Source: Opitutia bacterium (GTDB lineage: Bacteria > Verrucomicrobiota > Verrucomicrobiia > Opitutales > Opitutaceae). From it: a stretch of 64,000 nucleotides of DNA. The notes below the pieces were generated by a model. It was given only the letters and a program-made list of their open reading frames with translations, had not been told where the DNA came from and did no database searches. Positions 41,291 through 51,593 of the stretch are shown here, piece by piece. Location of the stretch: assembly GCA_947478395.1 (NCBI GenBank), contig CANJVR010000006.1, positions 65,007 through 129,006 on the forward strand. The letters are read 5' to 3'. Position numbers and translations under genes: made by a program. The first letter of the stretch is position 1; every line of letters begins with the position of its first letter.

Positions 41291-41411
41291 TAGAGCGGAT
41301 TAACCAAAAACGTAGCGGCAGGCGTCCCTGCCTGCCTGCCGAAATGAGGACGCCGAACCCGGCAGGCAGAGACGCCGGCCGCTACTCAAAACGGCCACCG
41401 AAACACCCTCT
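41291..41411 (+). repeat. GTAG-type REP pair / MITE-like element (family B)
   Basis: TAGAGCG...CGTAGCGGCAGGCGTCCCTGCCTGCC...GGCAGGCAGAGACGCCGGCCGCTAC...ACGGCCAC, between convergent genes. Confidence 0.85.
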
Positions 41412-42385
41412 CACGTTTTCTCCGGCGCGCTCTTCGACCAGCGTTCCGCGAGGAATCCGCAAACGATCAATTGGAGCGGGTGATAAACCATGATCGGTAA
41501 CAAAATCAGTCCGATCGCGGGATGCGCGCCGAAAATCAATTTCGCCATCGGCACACCTGAGGCCAGGGTTTTTTTGGAGCCACAGAAAACCGCGGCGATT
41601 CTATCCTCCCGATTGAAATGAAACGCGTCGGCCAGACGCGTCGTGACCAGCAGCGCCAGACCGAAAATCACCGCGGCCAGCGCCAGCACAATCGGCAACG
41701 TCAAGCCACCGCTCGCCGACCAGACGCCCTGCCGAAACGAGTCACAGAAGGAGGTGTAGACCAAAATAAGAATCGTCGTGCGGTCTGCGAAAACGATCAG
41801 CGGCCTGTTTTTCTTGGCCCAATCAGCGAGCACGGGACGCGCCGCCTGACCCAGCGCGAGCGGCAGCACGAGCCAGCGCAACAGGTCGAGAATGACCGGT
41901 CCCAGCGGCACGCTCTGGCCGGTGGTCTGCATAACCGCGCCCACCAACAACGGCGTGAGCAGCACGCCGAGCAGGCTCGAGAGCGTGGCGTTGAACACCG
42001 CGCCGGCGACGTTGCCTTTGGCCGCGCCCGTGAACGCCACCGAGGACGACACCGTCGACGGCAACGCGCACAGATAAAAAATCCCCAGCCTCAAGCCGGC
42101 CGACACGTGGTCGCCCAACGCCCACATCACGCCGAGGCCGAGTAGCGGGAAAAGCACAAAGGTGCAGGTTTGGACGAGCAAATGGAGGCGCCAGTTGAGC
42201 GCGCCGGCTTTCAGCGCCGCAAACGACAGGGCCACGCCGTGCAGGAAAAAGATCAGCGCCACGCCGGCCTTGGTCAGAAGTTCGGGATGCATCCATCCCC
42301 CCGCGGCTCCGGGCCCGGGGAACGCCCACGCGAGCACCGTCGCCGCGATCATGCCGAGCAAAAACCAGTCAGGTTTATACTTCAT
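41411..42385 (-). CDS. Bile acid:sodium symporter family (YfeH-like) transporter
   Basis: FFLHG, LPSTVSSSVAFT, FCGSKKTLASG, YHPLQL motifs. Confidence 0.9.
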   Translation of the reverse strand: MKYKPDWFLLGMIAATVLAWAFPGPGAAGGWMHPELLTKAGVALIFFLHGVALSFAALKAGALNWRLHLLVQTCTFVLFPLLGLGVMWALGDHVSAGLRLGIFYLCALPSTVSSSVAFTGAAKGNVAGAVFNATLSSLLGVLLTPLLVGAVMQTTGQSVPLGPVILDLLRWLVLPLALGQAARPVLADWAKKNRPLIVFADRTTILILVYTSFCDSFRQGVWSASGGLTLPIVLALAAVIFGLALLVTTRLADAFHFNREDRIAAVFCGSKKTLASGVPMAKLIFGAHPAIGLILLPIMVYHPLQLIVCGFLAERWSKSAPEKT

Positions 42386-42404
42386 CGTTGGTTGGGGTTC
42401 GCGG

Positions 42405-43961
42405 TCATTTGAGTTTACGAATCACTTTTTGCCACAAGGCCGACAATTCTTCGCGACCTTCAATCTTCAACTGCCACAGGAGGAGCGCATACACGCCCGC
42501 GCCGGCAAAGATCAGGCTGAAAAGCGCGAGCACGTCGCGCATTTTCCCCGCGTCCGGATTCCGCAAAAGGTGCCAGCCGGCCGCCACCGCTGCGCCCATC
42601 CCAAGGGTGGCGATGCCCACTTTTCTCACCGTAGGCCAGACCGGCGCAAAGCTCATGCCCGGCATGACTCGCGTCAGCTCCCGCTGCAACAACACCGTCT
42701 GCGCAACAATCGCCAAGGTGCTCGCCATCACCAAACCCGCCGCCCCAAACCAGCGCATGAGCGCGAGGCTGCACACGAGATTGATTACAAAATCGATCGT
42801 CGCGATGCGCACCGGGGCCCGGGTGTTCTTCACCGCATAGAAGGCGCGCACCGTGAGATTAACCACCGAGAAAAACGGCAGGCCGAGCGCAAATAACGTC
42901 ACCAACGGCGCCATCGCGAGGCTGTCCGCGGCGGTAAACTCATGCCGTTCGAACAGGAGGCGCACGATCGGCGCACTGAGCAACGCCAGTCCCGCCGCCG
43001 CGGGCACGTTGATGATTAAAATCAGCCGCAGGCCCTTATGAAAATCCTCAGCCATGGCCGTAAAGTTTCGCTCGACCGCGTGTTTCGAGAGCAAGGGATA
43101 AACGACCGTGGAAACGGCGATCGCAAACACGCCAATCGGCAACTCCATGAGGCGATTCGCATAAAACATGAGCGTGCCAGCCGAGTCATCGATCGAGAAC
43201 GCGAGCATGCTCGAGACATACGAATTCACCTGGTAAATCGCCGTCGCCCAAAGGCCCGGGGTCATGAGCCGCGCGATCTCGCGCACGCGCGGCGAGAGCC
43301 CGAGATCGAAACGCGGTCGCCAGCCTTCGCGAAAAAAAAGCGCCGCCGCGGGCACGGTCATTTGCAAAAATCCGCCGACCAGCACGCCCGCGCAGAGCCA
43401 GTGAATTTCTTCGAGCGGCGTCGACGCATAGCTCAGCCCGGCTCCACCCAGGGACGCAATCATCGCGAGATTCAGCCAAATGGGAGAAAACGCGGGCTCC
43501 AGAAAACGTCCGAGCACATTCAAAGTCGCGCTGAACGCAGCCGCTAAACACACGAACGCAAGGTACGGCATTAAAATAACCGTCAGGTCCGCGAGAAGGT
43601 ACCACTTGTCGTCGTGCCCCGCGATGCGCCGCGACTGGCTAAACGCGGCCATCAGCGCCCCCGCCAGGCCGCCCGTCACGACCAGCAGCCAGCTCGCGAC
43701 CTTATTGAGCAGGTCAAACGCGCCCGTGCGCCCGTTTTCATGCAGCTCCTGTTGCAAGTTCGGCAGAAACGCGGCCGTCAGCGCGCCTTCTCCGAGCAAA
43801 CGGCGAAACAAATTTGGCAGGCGAAACGCCGATAGAAACGCCGTGTTTAGAATACTCGCTCCGAAGATCGCCGCGCCGAGCTGATCGCGCAGCAAACCCA
43901 AAACGCGGGAAACCAAAGTAAACAGGGAGACGAGTCCGATATTCTTCAGCTTTTTCGACAC
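42405..43961 (-). CDS. murJ: Lipid II flippase MurJ
   Basis: SRVLGLLRD, AFRLPNLFRRLLGEGAL, RLMELPIG motifs. GTG start inferred. Confidence 0.95.
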   Translation of the reverse strand: MSKKLKNIGLVSLFTLVSRVLGLLRDQLGAAIFGASILNTAFLSAFRLPNLFRRLLGEGALTAAFLPNLQQELHENGRTGAFDLLNKVASWLLVVTGGLAGALMAAFSQSRRIAGHDDKWYLLADLTVILMPYLAFVCLAAAFSATLNVLGRFLEPAFSPIWLNLAMIASLGGAGLSYASTPLEEIHWLCAGVLVGGFLQMTVPAAALFFREGWRPRFDLGLSPRVREIARLMTPGLWATAIYQVNSYVSSMLAFSIDDSAGTLMFYANRLMELPIGVFAIAVSTVVYPLLSKHAVERNFTAMAEDFHKGLRLILIINVPAAAGLALLSAPIVRLLFERHEFTAADSLAMAPLVTLFALGLPFFSVVNLTVRAFYAVKNTRAPVRIATIDFVINLVCSLALMRWFGAAGLVMASTLAIVAQTVLLQRELTRVMPGMSFAPVWPTVRKVGIATLGMGAAVAAGWHLLRNPDAGKMRDVLALFSLIFAGAGVYALLLWQLKIEGREELSALWQKVIRKLK

Positions 43962-44013
43962 CGCGGAGGTTTTCAGCGCAGGCGCGCAAGCTGGCAAGAC
44001 CGGAGGAGAACGT

Positions 44014-45153
44014 TCACCGCCGCCGCACCAGCGCGTCGAGCGCCTCGTTCGTCGTCTTCTCCAATGCGGTGGCCTCGCGCCAATCCTGTTCGAACGCTTC
44101 ACCCGCCGCATCGTTTTCGGCCCGCGAACGCAGCGCCGCCAGCAGCGAGATCCCGGCGTTGCGGTAAAAGGGATGCAGCGCCGCCACGGCGCGCTCGACC
44201 TCAGCGGCATGCGCCGTCAGTTCCACCGCCACCCCAGGTTCGCTCCAACGCCGCAGCGCGAAACGCAGCGGCAAAACCGTGTCACGTCCGCCGAGCTCGA
44301 ACACAAATCGTGCCGCATCGCTGAGCAGGGCGCGCGATTCCGCCGCTCCGAGCTGCGGCAAAATGCGCTGGCGTTGCAGATAATACCAGCCGGTCTGCCA
44401 CCAGAGTTCGCGCTCATCCTCGCGGCTGAATCGGCCGGAGAAACACGCGGCCAGCGCCCCGATCGGTTCGTCCCCCCGCAACAGCCGCGCACGCAGCGCA
44501 GGCCATTCGCCGCTGCGCCCCGATTCGCTTTGGAGCCACGTCAAAAGCCAGGCCGATCCGATCGCCAGCGCCTGCGGTTCCACATCGCTGCGCTGCCACG
44601 TGAGGATCGAGGCAATATCCGGCGGCGTCAGACCTGCGGACTGCTGGACAAGGGCATCGAGTTGCGCGAGATCGGCGTGCGTCCGCCACCAGCCAACGCA
44701 GGCCTGCTCCAGCCATAGCGGCGCCGTGAGCTTCTCGTTCACGCCCTGTTGCGCCACACCCAGCCGCATCAGCAACGCTTGCACCAGCGCCCGGCGGAGA
44801 AAAATTTCCGGCGTGGCCTCACTCCAGCGCACGCGCACCGAGACAACTCCGCCACTTTCCACGATCACGCGAAAAGGCGCGGTCTCGCCCCAGTCTGCTG
44901 CCGGTACGAGTCGGACCAAAATAGCGGAGGGAAAAGCCGACGGCAAACCGAGCGGGCCCGACAAGTGATGCCACGCCTCCTCGGCTTGCCCGGCCGCGGC
45001 GTGCGCCGCGTTCGCATCGATACTCACCACTTCGAATCGACCTAGCGCGGTTTGCACCAACACCGGCAACGCACCTCTCACGGGTGGCGGTTGAGCCCAA
45101 AGTACCGCGACCGCGGCAAAAAAAACCACGGTTAGCGCGAGGCGCCTCTTCAC
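44014..45153 (-). CDS. Exported hypothetical protein (possible degenerate peptidase-MA fold)
   Basis: Signal peptide after a GTG that overlaps the upstream stop (GTGA), and a PLWLEQA segment. Confidence 0.7.
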   Translation of the reverse strand: MKRRLALTVVFFAAVAVLWAQPPPVRGALPVLVQTALGRFEVVSIDANAAHAAAGQAEEAWHHLSGPLGLPSAFPSAILVRLVPAADWGETAPFRVIVESGGVVSVRVRWSEATPEIFLRRALVQALLMRLGVAQQGVNEKLTAPLWLEQACVGWWRTHADLAQLDALVQQSAGLTPPDIASILTWQRSDVEPQALAIGSAWLLTWLQSESGRSGEWPALRARLLRGDEPIGALAACFSGRFSREDERELWWQTGWYYLQRQRILPQLGAAESRALLSDAARFVFELGGRDTVLPLRFALRRWSEPGVAVELTAHAAEVERAVAALHPFYRNAGISLLAALRSRAENDAAGEAFEQDWREATALEKTTNEALDALVRRR

Positions 45154-45374
45154 GGCATCGAAAACTGCAGCGACGGCCCCGCCACCGCGACGGCCCCGAG
45201 CTTCGCCCACGCCCCGGCGATGGACGCATCCCTTGGAACTTCTTTGGCCTTGGCGACGGGTTGCAAAACCAAAGCCGCGAGAGCGAGAGCCACGCCCAAT
45301 CCTAAGCCGTGGGGTACACCGCGAATAATCTCGGTTTGGCTTGGACCGTAGAAGGCGCGATCAAATTTTCCCAT
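45150..45374 (-). CDS. Small membrane protein
   Basis: Operon-like spacing and one hydrophobic helix. Confidence 0.6.
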   Translation of the reverse strand: MGKFDRAFYGPSQTEIIRGVPHGLGLGVALALAALVLQPVAKAKEVPRDASIAGAWAKLGAVAVAGPSLQFSMP

Positions 45375-45382
45375 GGGGGAAA

Positions 45383-45670
45383 TTATTTTTTGCCCGGCGC
45401 AGGAGTCGCCGCCGGCGCAGGGGTGGCGGCCGGAGTAGCGGGAGCCGCGGACTTGCTTTCGCCGCCCTCGCCCGAGCTACCGGATTTTTTCTTATAGTCG
45501 GTGATATAGAAACCGCTGCCCTTGAAAATGAGCCCGGCGCCGCCGCCGATGAGACGTTTCACGCCCGCTTTCTTGCACTTGGGGCATTTCTTGAGCGGCT
45601 CGTCGCGCATCGACTGAAACAGCTCGAATTCATGACCGCATTTTGGACAGACGTACTCGTAGGTTGGCAT
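45383..45670 (-). CDS. FmdB-family zinc-ribbon protein
   Basis: MPTYEYVCPKCGHEFE...CPKC...FKGSGFYITDY. Confidence 0.92.
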   Translation of the reverse strand: MPTYEYVCPKCGHEFELFQSMRDEPLKKCPKCKKAGVKRLIGGGAGLIFKGSGFYITDYKKKSGSSGEGGESKSAAPATPAATPAPAATPAPGKK

Positions 45671-45890
45671 GCAGGAAACGCCGATGTTCTGGGCGACCGC
45701 TTTAGCGATGGCGAGTGCGGATGTAGGAGGCGCCGAAAAAGGTCGGGGGTGAACTCGGGGCGCGCCGGTTTGAGGCCGGTCGACAGAATACGCTGCGACT
45801 ATTGAACCACTGGGGTCCAGACCCGAACTCTTTCGCAATCGACTTAGCTCCGTCATTGCACCGCGGCCAATTTTGCCGCACCACCGCACA

Positions 45891-46826
45891 ATGGATTTTG
45901 CTGCGGAATTTAAGCACCGGATCGCCCGGGTCGAAGCCGGCCTCGAACGTCTCGTGCCGCCCGTCGCGACGCGCCCCTCGCGCCTGCATGCCGCGATGCG
46001 CTACAGTTTGCTGGGCGGTGGGAAACGACTTCGTCCCGTGCTCACCCTCACCGCCGCAGAACTGTGCGGCGCCCGCGGCGATGCGGCCCTGCCAGCAGCG
46101 GTGGCCCTCGAATGCGTGCACACGTACTCGCTCATCCACGACGACCTGCCCTGCATGGACAACGATGACCTCCGCCGGGGGCGTCCGACCGCGCACAAAC
46201 AGTTCGATGAAGCCACGGCCTTGCTCGCCGGCGATGCCTTGCTCACCGAGGCGTTTGTCATCCTCGCCGAAAACTATGCCGCTCAACCTTCCCTCTCCCA
46301 TGCGCTGATCCGGGAATTAGCCAACGCCGCCAGCAGTCAAAGACTGATTGGCGGGCAGATGGAAGATTTGCTCGCAGAGCACAAAGCGAACGCCACCTCG
46401 GATGAGTTGGAGTTTATTCATCTCAATAAAACCGCGGCGATGATCGAGGCAGCATTGGTGATGGGCGGAATAGTCGGCCTGGCGGCACGACCGCCCGCGG
46501 TTGCTTCGATGGAAATGCGACCTGGCGCGGTCGCGCTCCCACCGGAAGTCCTCGCGCTCCGAACAATCGGGCGGCACCTCGGGCTGGCTTTCCAAATCAC
46601 GGACGACGTCCTCGATGCGACGGCCGACACCGCGACACTCGGCAAAACCGCGGGCAAAGATGCGCGGGCGGGTAAGACGACCTTCGTCAGTCTCCATGGC
46701 CTCGATGCGTCGCGACGCTTGGCGCGGGAGCATACGGATGCCGCCCTGGCGGCGGTGGCGGCGTTACCGGGCGACAAAATTTTCCTCACCACGCTGATCG
46801 AAACGATGGCGGGACGGGCCAGTTAG
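45891..46826 (+). CDS. ispA: Short-chain polyprenyl (farnesyl/geranylgeranyl) diphosphate synthase
   Basis: GGKRLRP, HDDLPCMDNDDLRRG, FQITDDVLD, GKTAGKD motifs. Confidence 0.9.
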   Translation: MDFAAEFKHRIARVEAGLERLVPPVATRPSRLHAAMRYSLLGGGKRLRPVLTLTAAELCGARGDAALPAAVALECVHTYSLIHDDLPCMDNDDLRRGRPTAHKQFDEATALLAGDALLTEAFVILAENYAAQPSLSHALIRELANAASSQRLIGGQMEDLLAEHKANATSDELEFIHLNKTAAMIEAALVMGGIVGLAARPPAVASMEMRPGAVALPPEVLALRTIGRHLGLAFQITDDVLDATADTATLGKTAGKDARAGKTTFVSLHGLDASRRLAREHTDAALAAVAALPGDKIFLTTLIETMAGRAS

Positions 46827-47006
46827 GTTTCGTCCCAAGCGCCTCGAATCCGAATTGCCGAGCAGCGGAACGCGTGCCCGTTTCGGGGGAGGCCCTCGCA
46901 AGCCTCACCGCTTCCGCTTCGCTGAAAAGGCATTTTTGAAATGCTCTAAAGTTTACCGCTTGTCGGGTCGCCGGGCTCGCGCGTAGGAATCGGATCCCGC
47001 CGCGCC

Positions 47007-47879
47007 GTGAAATCTCCTTCCACTCCGATTACCGTGATCTGTGCACTCGCCGCCATCGGCGCGGGAATCCTCTCCTGGCAGCAGCACCTTGAGCTGGTCG
47101 TGCGGCGCGCCACCGCGCTGGAAGGTGATGACCGCGCGGCGTTACAGAAGCGTCTATGGGATTCAGAGAAGCGGGTACGCAGTCTCGAGTCGGCCGCAGC
47201 GGCCGCGGATAACGTGCGCAAAGCGGAGAAAACGGATGAAGGAAAACCGGTGGAGCCAACCGCGCGGGTCGCGGCGGCATCGGCCAAGGCCGGGCCGTCG
47301 CCCGTCGAGATCATGGCGTTTTTGAACAACCCGGAAACCTTGCGCGCGTTGAACGGAAAATTCCGCGAGCAGGTCGAGACCCGCTACGCCGGGCTCTTCA
47401 AAGCGCTGAATCTGCCGCCGGCTCAGCTCGCGCAATTCAAGGATCTGTTGCTCGAACGGCAGGCGACCGCGTTCGATGTCGCTTCCGCCGCTCTCGCTCA
47501 AGGCATGAAGCCGAACCAGGAAGAGCTGCGCCAGCTGGTCGCGACGGCGCAGTCGGAAACCGACCGAAAAATGGCAGCCGCGCTCGGGACGACCGGCTAT
47601 TCGCAATTTCAGGCGTATGAAAACGCGCAGCTGTTTCGCGGCGCTACCACCAGTCTTCAGGCCGGGCTGGCCAGGGTATCCGCGCCGCTAACCGACGAAC
47701 AGGCCGAGCAGTTCACGACCGGAATCGCGACACTCGCCCAAACGAGTTTCACGCCGGTGCAGCAAAAAGCGCTGCAGGAACTGACGCTGTTGCAGCAAAG
47801 CCGTCAGACGCTGCAACAGGTCGAGCAGCTGTATCGGGACAAGCAGACACCGGTCTTGGGCAAAAAGCCGGGGCCGTGA
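47007..47879 (+). CDS. Membrane-anchored helical hypothetical protein with LTxxQ-like motifs
   Basis: N-terminal TM, coiled coil, LPPAQ / LTDEQ / FTPVQ motifs. Confidence 0.75.
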   Translation: MKSPSTPITVICALAAIGAGILSWQQHLELVVRRATALEGDDRAALQKRLWDSEKRVRSLESAAAAADNVRKAEKTDEGKPVEPTARVAAASAKAGPSPVEIMAFLNNPETLRALNGKFREQVETRYAGLFKALNLPPAQLAQFKDLLLERQATAFDVASAALAQGMKPNQEELRQLVATAQSETDRKMAAALGTTGYSQFQAYENAQLFRGATTSLQAGLARVSAPLTDEQAEQFTTGIATLAQTSFTPVQQKALQELTLLQQSRQTLQQVEQLYRDKQTPVLGKKPGP

Positions 47880-47884
47880 TCCGA

Positions 47885-48164
47885 TGGGAGCGCAGACGCC
47901 CTCGTCCGCTCCGAAAATCATACCTTGCGCCTGAGGGCGGCCGCGCTCCCGGCAGCCGCACTGCTCCACGGCCATTCTTCGGGACTCGTGACGAGACCTG
48001 CCTGCACCGGATTGCGATGGATATGATTCACCGTGGCGGCGTAATGCCGCTCGCTGCGGATGAAACGATCCCAGTAGTCGGCTTGCCAGACCTGGCGTTT
48101 CTTGAAAGCGCGGACGCCCTCGTTCGCATTTCGACCGAAGCGGCCGGGGGCGGCCGCGCTCCCA
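47885..48164 (-). mobile_element. REP-flanked C-terminal remnant of a REP-associated tyrosine transposase (RAYT)
   Basis: The minus-strand frame ending at TGA 47918-47920 reads VWQADYWDRFIRSERHYAATVNHIHRNPVQAGLVTSPEEWPWSS. REP pairs lie at 47885-47950 and 48105-48164. Confidence 0.85.
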
Positions 48165-48176
48165 GGGAATCCGGTC

Positions 48177-48947
48177 TTAAACCACCGCCGCTGCAGCCTT
48201 CACCAATTCCACAAAGCTGCGGGCTTCCAGACTCGCGCCGCCAATTAGGCCGCCGTCGATGTCTTTTTGCGCGAGCAGTTCCGGCGCGTTGGCGGGTTTC
48301 ATCGAGCCGCCATAAAGGATACGGATTTTTTGCGCGACAGGCTCCGTGAAAAGTTTCGTGAGCAACCCGCGGATGAACGCGTGTACTTCCTGCGCCTGCT
48401 CGGTTGTCGCCACCTTGCCGGTGCCGATTGCCCATACCGGTTCGTAGGCGATCACGAGACTCGCGGCGTGCTCTTTCGCCACGCCTTCGAGCGCGGCCTC
48501 GGTCTGGGTCTGCACGACCTTCAGGGTCGCGCCCGATTCACGCTCGGCCAGCGACTCACCGACACAGAGGATCGGGCGCAGCTGGTTCTTCAACGCGGCG
48601 AGAACCTTCTTGTTGATCAACGCATCCGTCTCCGCGAAATAACTACGGCGTTCGCTGTGGCCGAGGATAACGTGCGTGGTAAAAAGCGCGCGCAACATCG
48701 GCGCAGAAACTTCGCCGGTGAATGCCCCGCTCGGCTCGAAATGCATGTTCTGCGCGCCGAGCTTGAGGGTGGACCCGTCGAGCGCCTTGGCGGCACTCTC
48801 GAGTCCGGTAAATGGCGGGCAAAGGACCACTTCAACGTCGGTCTGCTTACCGATAGTCGCGACGAGCTCGGAGACGAGCGCGGCTCCATCAGAGGCCGTC
48901 TTGTTCATCTTCCAATTGCCGGCGATCAGTTTTTTTCGGGAGGACAT
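48177..48947 (-). CDS. tpiA: Triosephosphate isomerase
   Basis: AGNWKMN, GHSERR, AYEPVWAIGTG, YGGS motifs. Confidence 0.98.
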   Translation of the reverse strand: MSSRKKLIAGNWKMNKTASDGAALVSELVATIGKQTDVEVVLCPPFTGLESAAKALDGSTLKLGAQNMHFEPSGAFTGEVSAPMLRALFTTHVILGHSERRSYFAETDALINKKVLAALKNQLRPILCVGESLAERESGATLKVVQTQTEAALEGVAKEHAASLVIAYEPVWAIGTGKVATTEQAQEVHAFIRGLLTKLFTEPVAQKIRILYGGSMKPANAPELLAQKDIDGGLIGGASLEARSFVELVKAAAAVV

Positions 48948-48964
48948 GGATCTACAGAGAAAAA

Positions 48965-49034
48965 GGTTTTTGGGTTTTGGGTTTTGAGTTCGAAGGCAGC
49001 TGAAGCGTGGGGCGTTAACCCAAAACTCAAAACC
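48965..49034. repeat. Inverted repeat of heptamer arrays between pgk and tpiA
   Basis: GGTTTTTGGGTTTTGGGTTTTGAGTTCGA ... AACCCAAAACTCAAAACC. Confidence 0.8.
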
Positions 49035-49049
49035 GCATTTTGGGTGAAC

Positions 49050-50294
49050 TCAGTTCTCCAAAAATGCGACGCCTGGAAGCACTTTACCTTCCAAGAATTC
49101 GAGGCTGGCGCCGCCGCCGGTGGAGCAATGCGTGACTTTGTCCGCCACGCCAAATTTCTTCGCCGCCGTGGCGGTGTCACCGCCGCCGACCACCGTGACC
49201 GCGCCGTTCACGGTCGCCTCGGCGATGGCATCGGCCATGGCCTTGGTGGCCGTTGCAAACTTATCGAATTCGAACACGCCCGCCGGACCGTTCCACACAA
49301 TGGTCTTGGAAGAAAGAATGGCCTGACGGTAGAGCTCGATGGATTTCGGGCCCGCGTCGAGGCCTTCCCAACCGTCTGGAATACCCGTGGCAAGATCGGC
49401 GGGTTGCGTATTGGCGTCCGGCGCGAATTTGTCGGCGGCCACGAAATCGACCGGGAAAATCAGTTCGACATTACGCGCGGCGGCCTTGGCGACGAGTTCC
49501 TCGACGATCTTGGCGCCCTCGGGGTCGTAAAGACTGGCGCCAATCGGGGTTCCGCGGAGCACTTTGTGGAACGTGTACGCCATACCGCCGCCGATGATCA
49601 GCTTGTCCGCCTTCTCCAGGAGATTTTTGATCAGCGGAATCTTGTCGGCGATTTTCGCGCCACCCAAAATGGCCAGCAAGGGACGCGCGGGCTGATCGAC
49701 GACCTTGGCGAAGGCGTTGAGCTCGGCTTCCATCAGAAATCCGGCGGCTTTCCCGGGGAGATTGATGCCGACGACGGATGAATGCGCCCGGTGCGCTGTG
49801 CCGAAGGCGTCGTTGACGAAAACGTCACCCAGCTTGGAAAGCGACTCGCGGAAAGAAACGATCGCAGCGGCGTCGGCTTTCTTGGAGGTGCCGTCCTCGA
49901 GTTTCACTTTGCCCTCTTCCTCGATGTGGAACCGGAGATTTTCCAGCAGCAACACTTCGCCGGCTTTCAGCGCCTTGGCCTGCGTCTCGACGGCGGGACC
50001 AATGCAATCCTCGGCGAAGAATACTTTTTTACCGAGCAGCTTTTCGAGTTCGGCCGCGACGGGCCGGAGCGAGAACTTTTCGATCTTCTGCCCATCGGGC
50101 CGGCCGAGGTGAGACATCAACACCACCGATGCGCCTTTTTCCAGAGCGTACTTGATCGTGGGCAGCGCGGCGACGATGCGCTGCGTGTTCGTGATCGCGC
50201 CCGTCTTTTTGTCCTGAGGCACGTTGAAATCCACGCGCATCAGCACGCGTTTGCCGGCCAGATCGAGTTCGCGGATGGTTTTAAACTTAGGCAT
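49050..50294 (-). CDS. pgk: Phosphoglycerate kinase
   Basis: [31 protein letters not shown] motifs. Confidence 0.98.
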   Translation of the reverse strand: MPKFKTIRELDLAGKRVLMRVDFNVPQDKKTGAITNTQRIVAALPTIKYALEKGASVVLMSHLGRPDGQKIEKFSLRPVAAELEKLLGKKVFFAEDCIGPAVETQAKALKAGEVLLLENLRFHIEEEGKVKLEDGTSKKADAAAIVSFRESLSKLGDVFVNDAFGTAHRAHSSVVGINLPGKAAGFLMEAELNAFAKVVDQPARPLLAILGGAKIADKIPLIKNLLEKADKLIIGGGMAYTFHKVLRGTPIGASLYDPEGAKIVEELVAKAAARNVELIFPVDFVAADKFAPDANTQPADLATGIPDGWEGLDAGPKSIELYRQAILSSKTIVWNGPAGVFEFDKFATATKAMADAIAEATVNGAVTVVGGGDTATAAKKFGVADKVTHCSTGGGASLEFLEGKVLPGVAFLEN

Positions 50295-50316
50295 GGGAAA
50301 TTCTCAGCAATGAAGG

Positions 50317-50382
50317 GCCCACGGCACGCACGGAATACACGGAATTAAATTCTTTTCCGTGTGCTCCGCGTGAGCCGTGGGC
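50317..50382. repeat. Inverted repeat of 9-nt-periodic CACGG units between gap and pgk
   Basis: GCCCACGGCACGCACGGAATACACGGAA ... TTCCGTGTGCTCCGCGTGAGCCGTGGGC. Confidence 0.8.
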
Positions 50383-50397
50383 AGGAACTGTTTTAAA

Positions 50398-51471
<1,074 letters not shown>

Positions 51472-51593
51472 CTAGGTGATGAGTGGATGGTTCCGCGCGG
51501 ACGCGGAGGAGAGCGAAAGAACACTGCGAAGGATCGGATGCAAGGGGTTTTGCTGATCACCGGCGGCCCGGACGCTGAGCACGGCGCATGCCC

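Noticed and set aside
43962..44210. N-terminal extensions in the ORF track for murJ (likewise ribF, nusA, obgE, ftsA, ftsQ, recN)
   Set aside because: They run into neighbouring genes or repeats, and family homology starts at downstream ATG/GTG codons.
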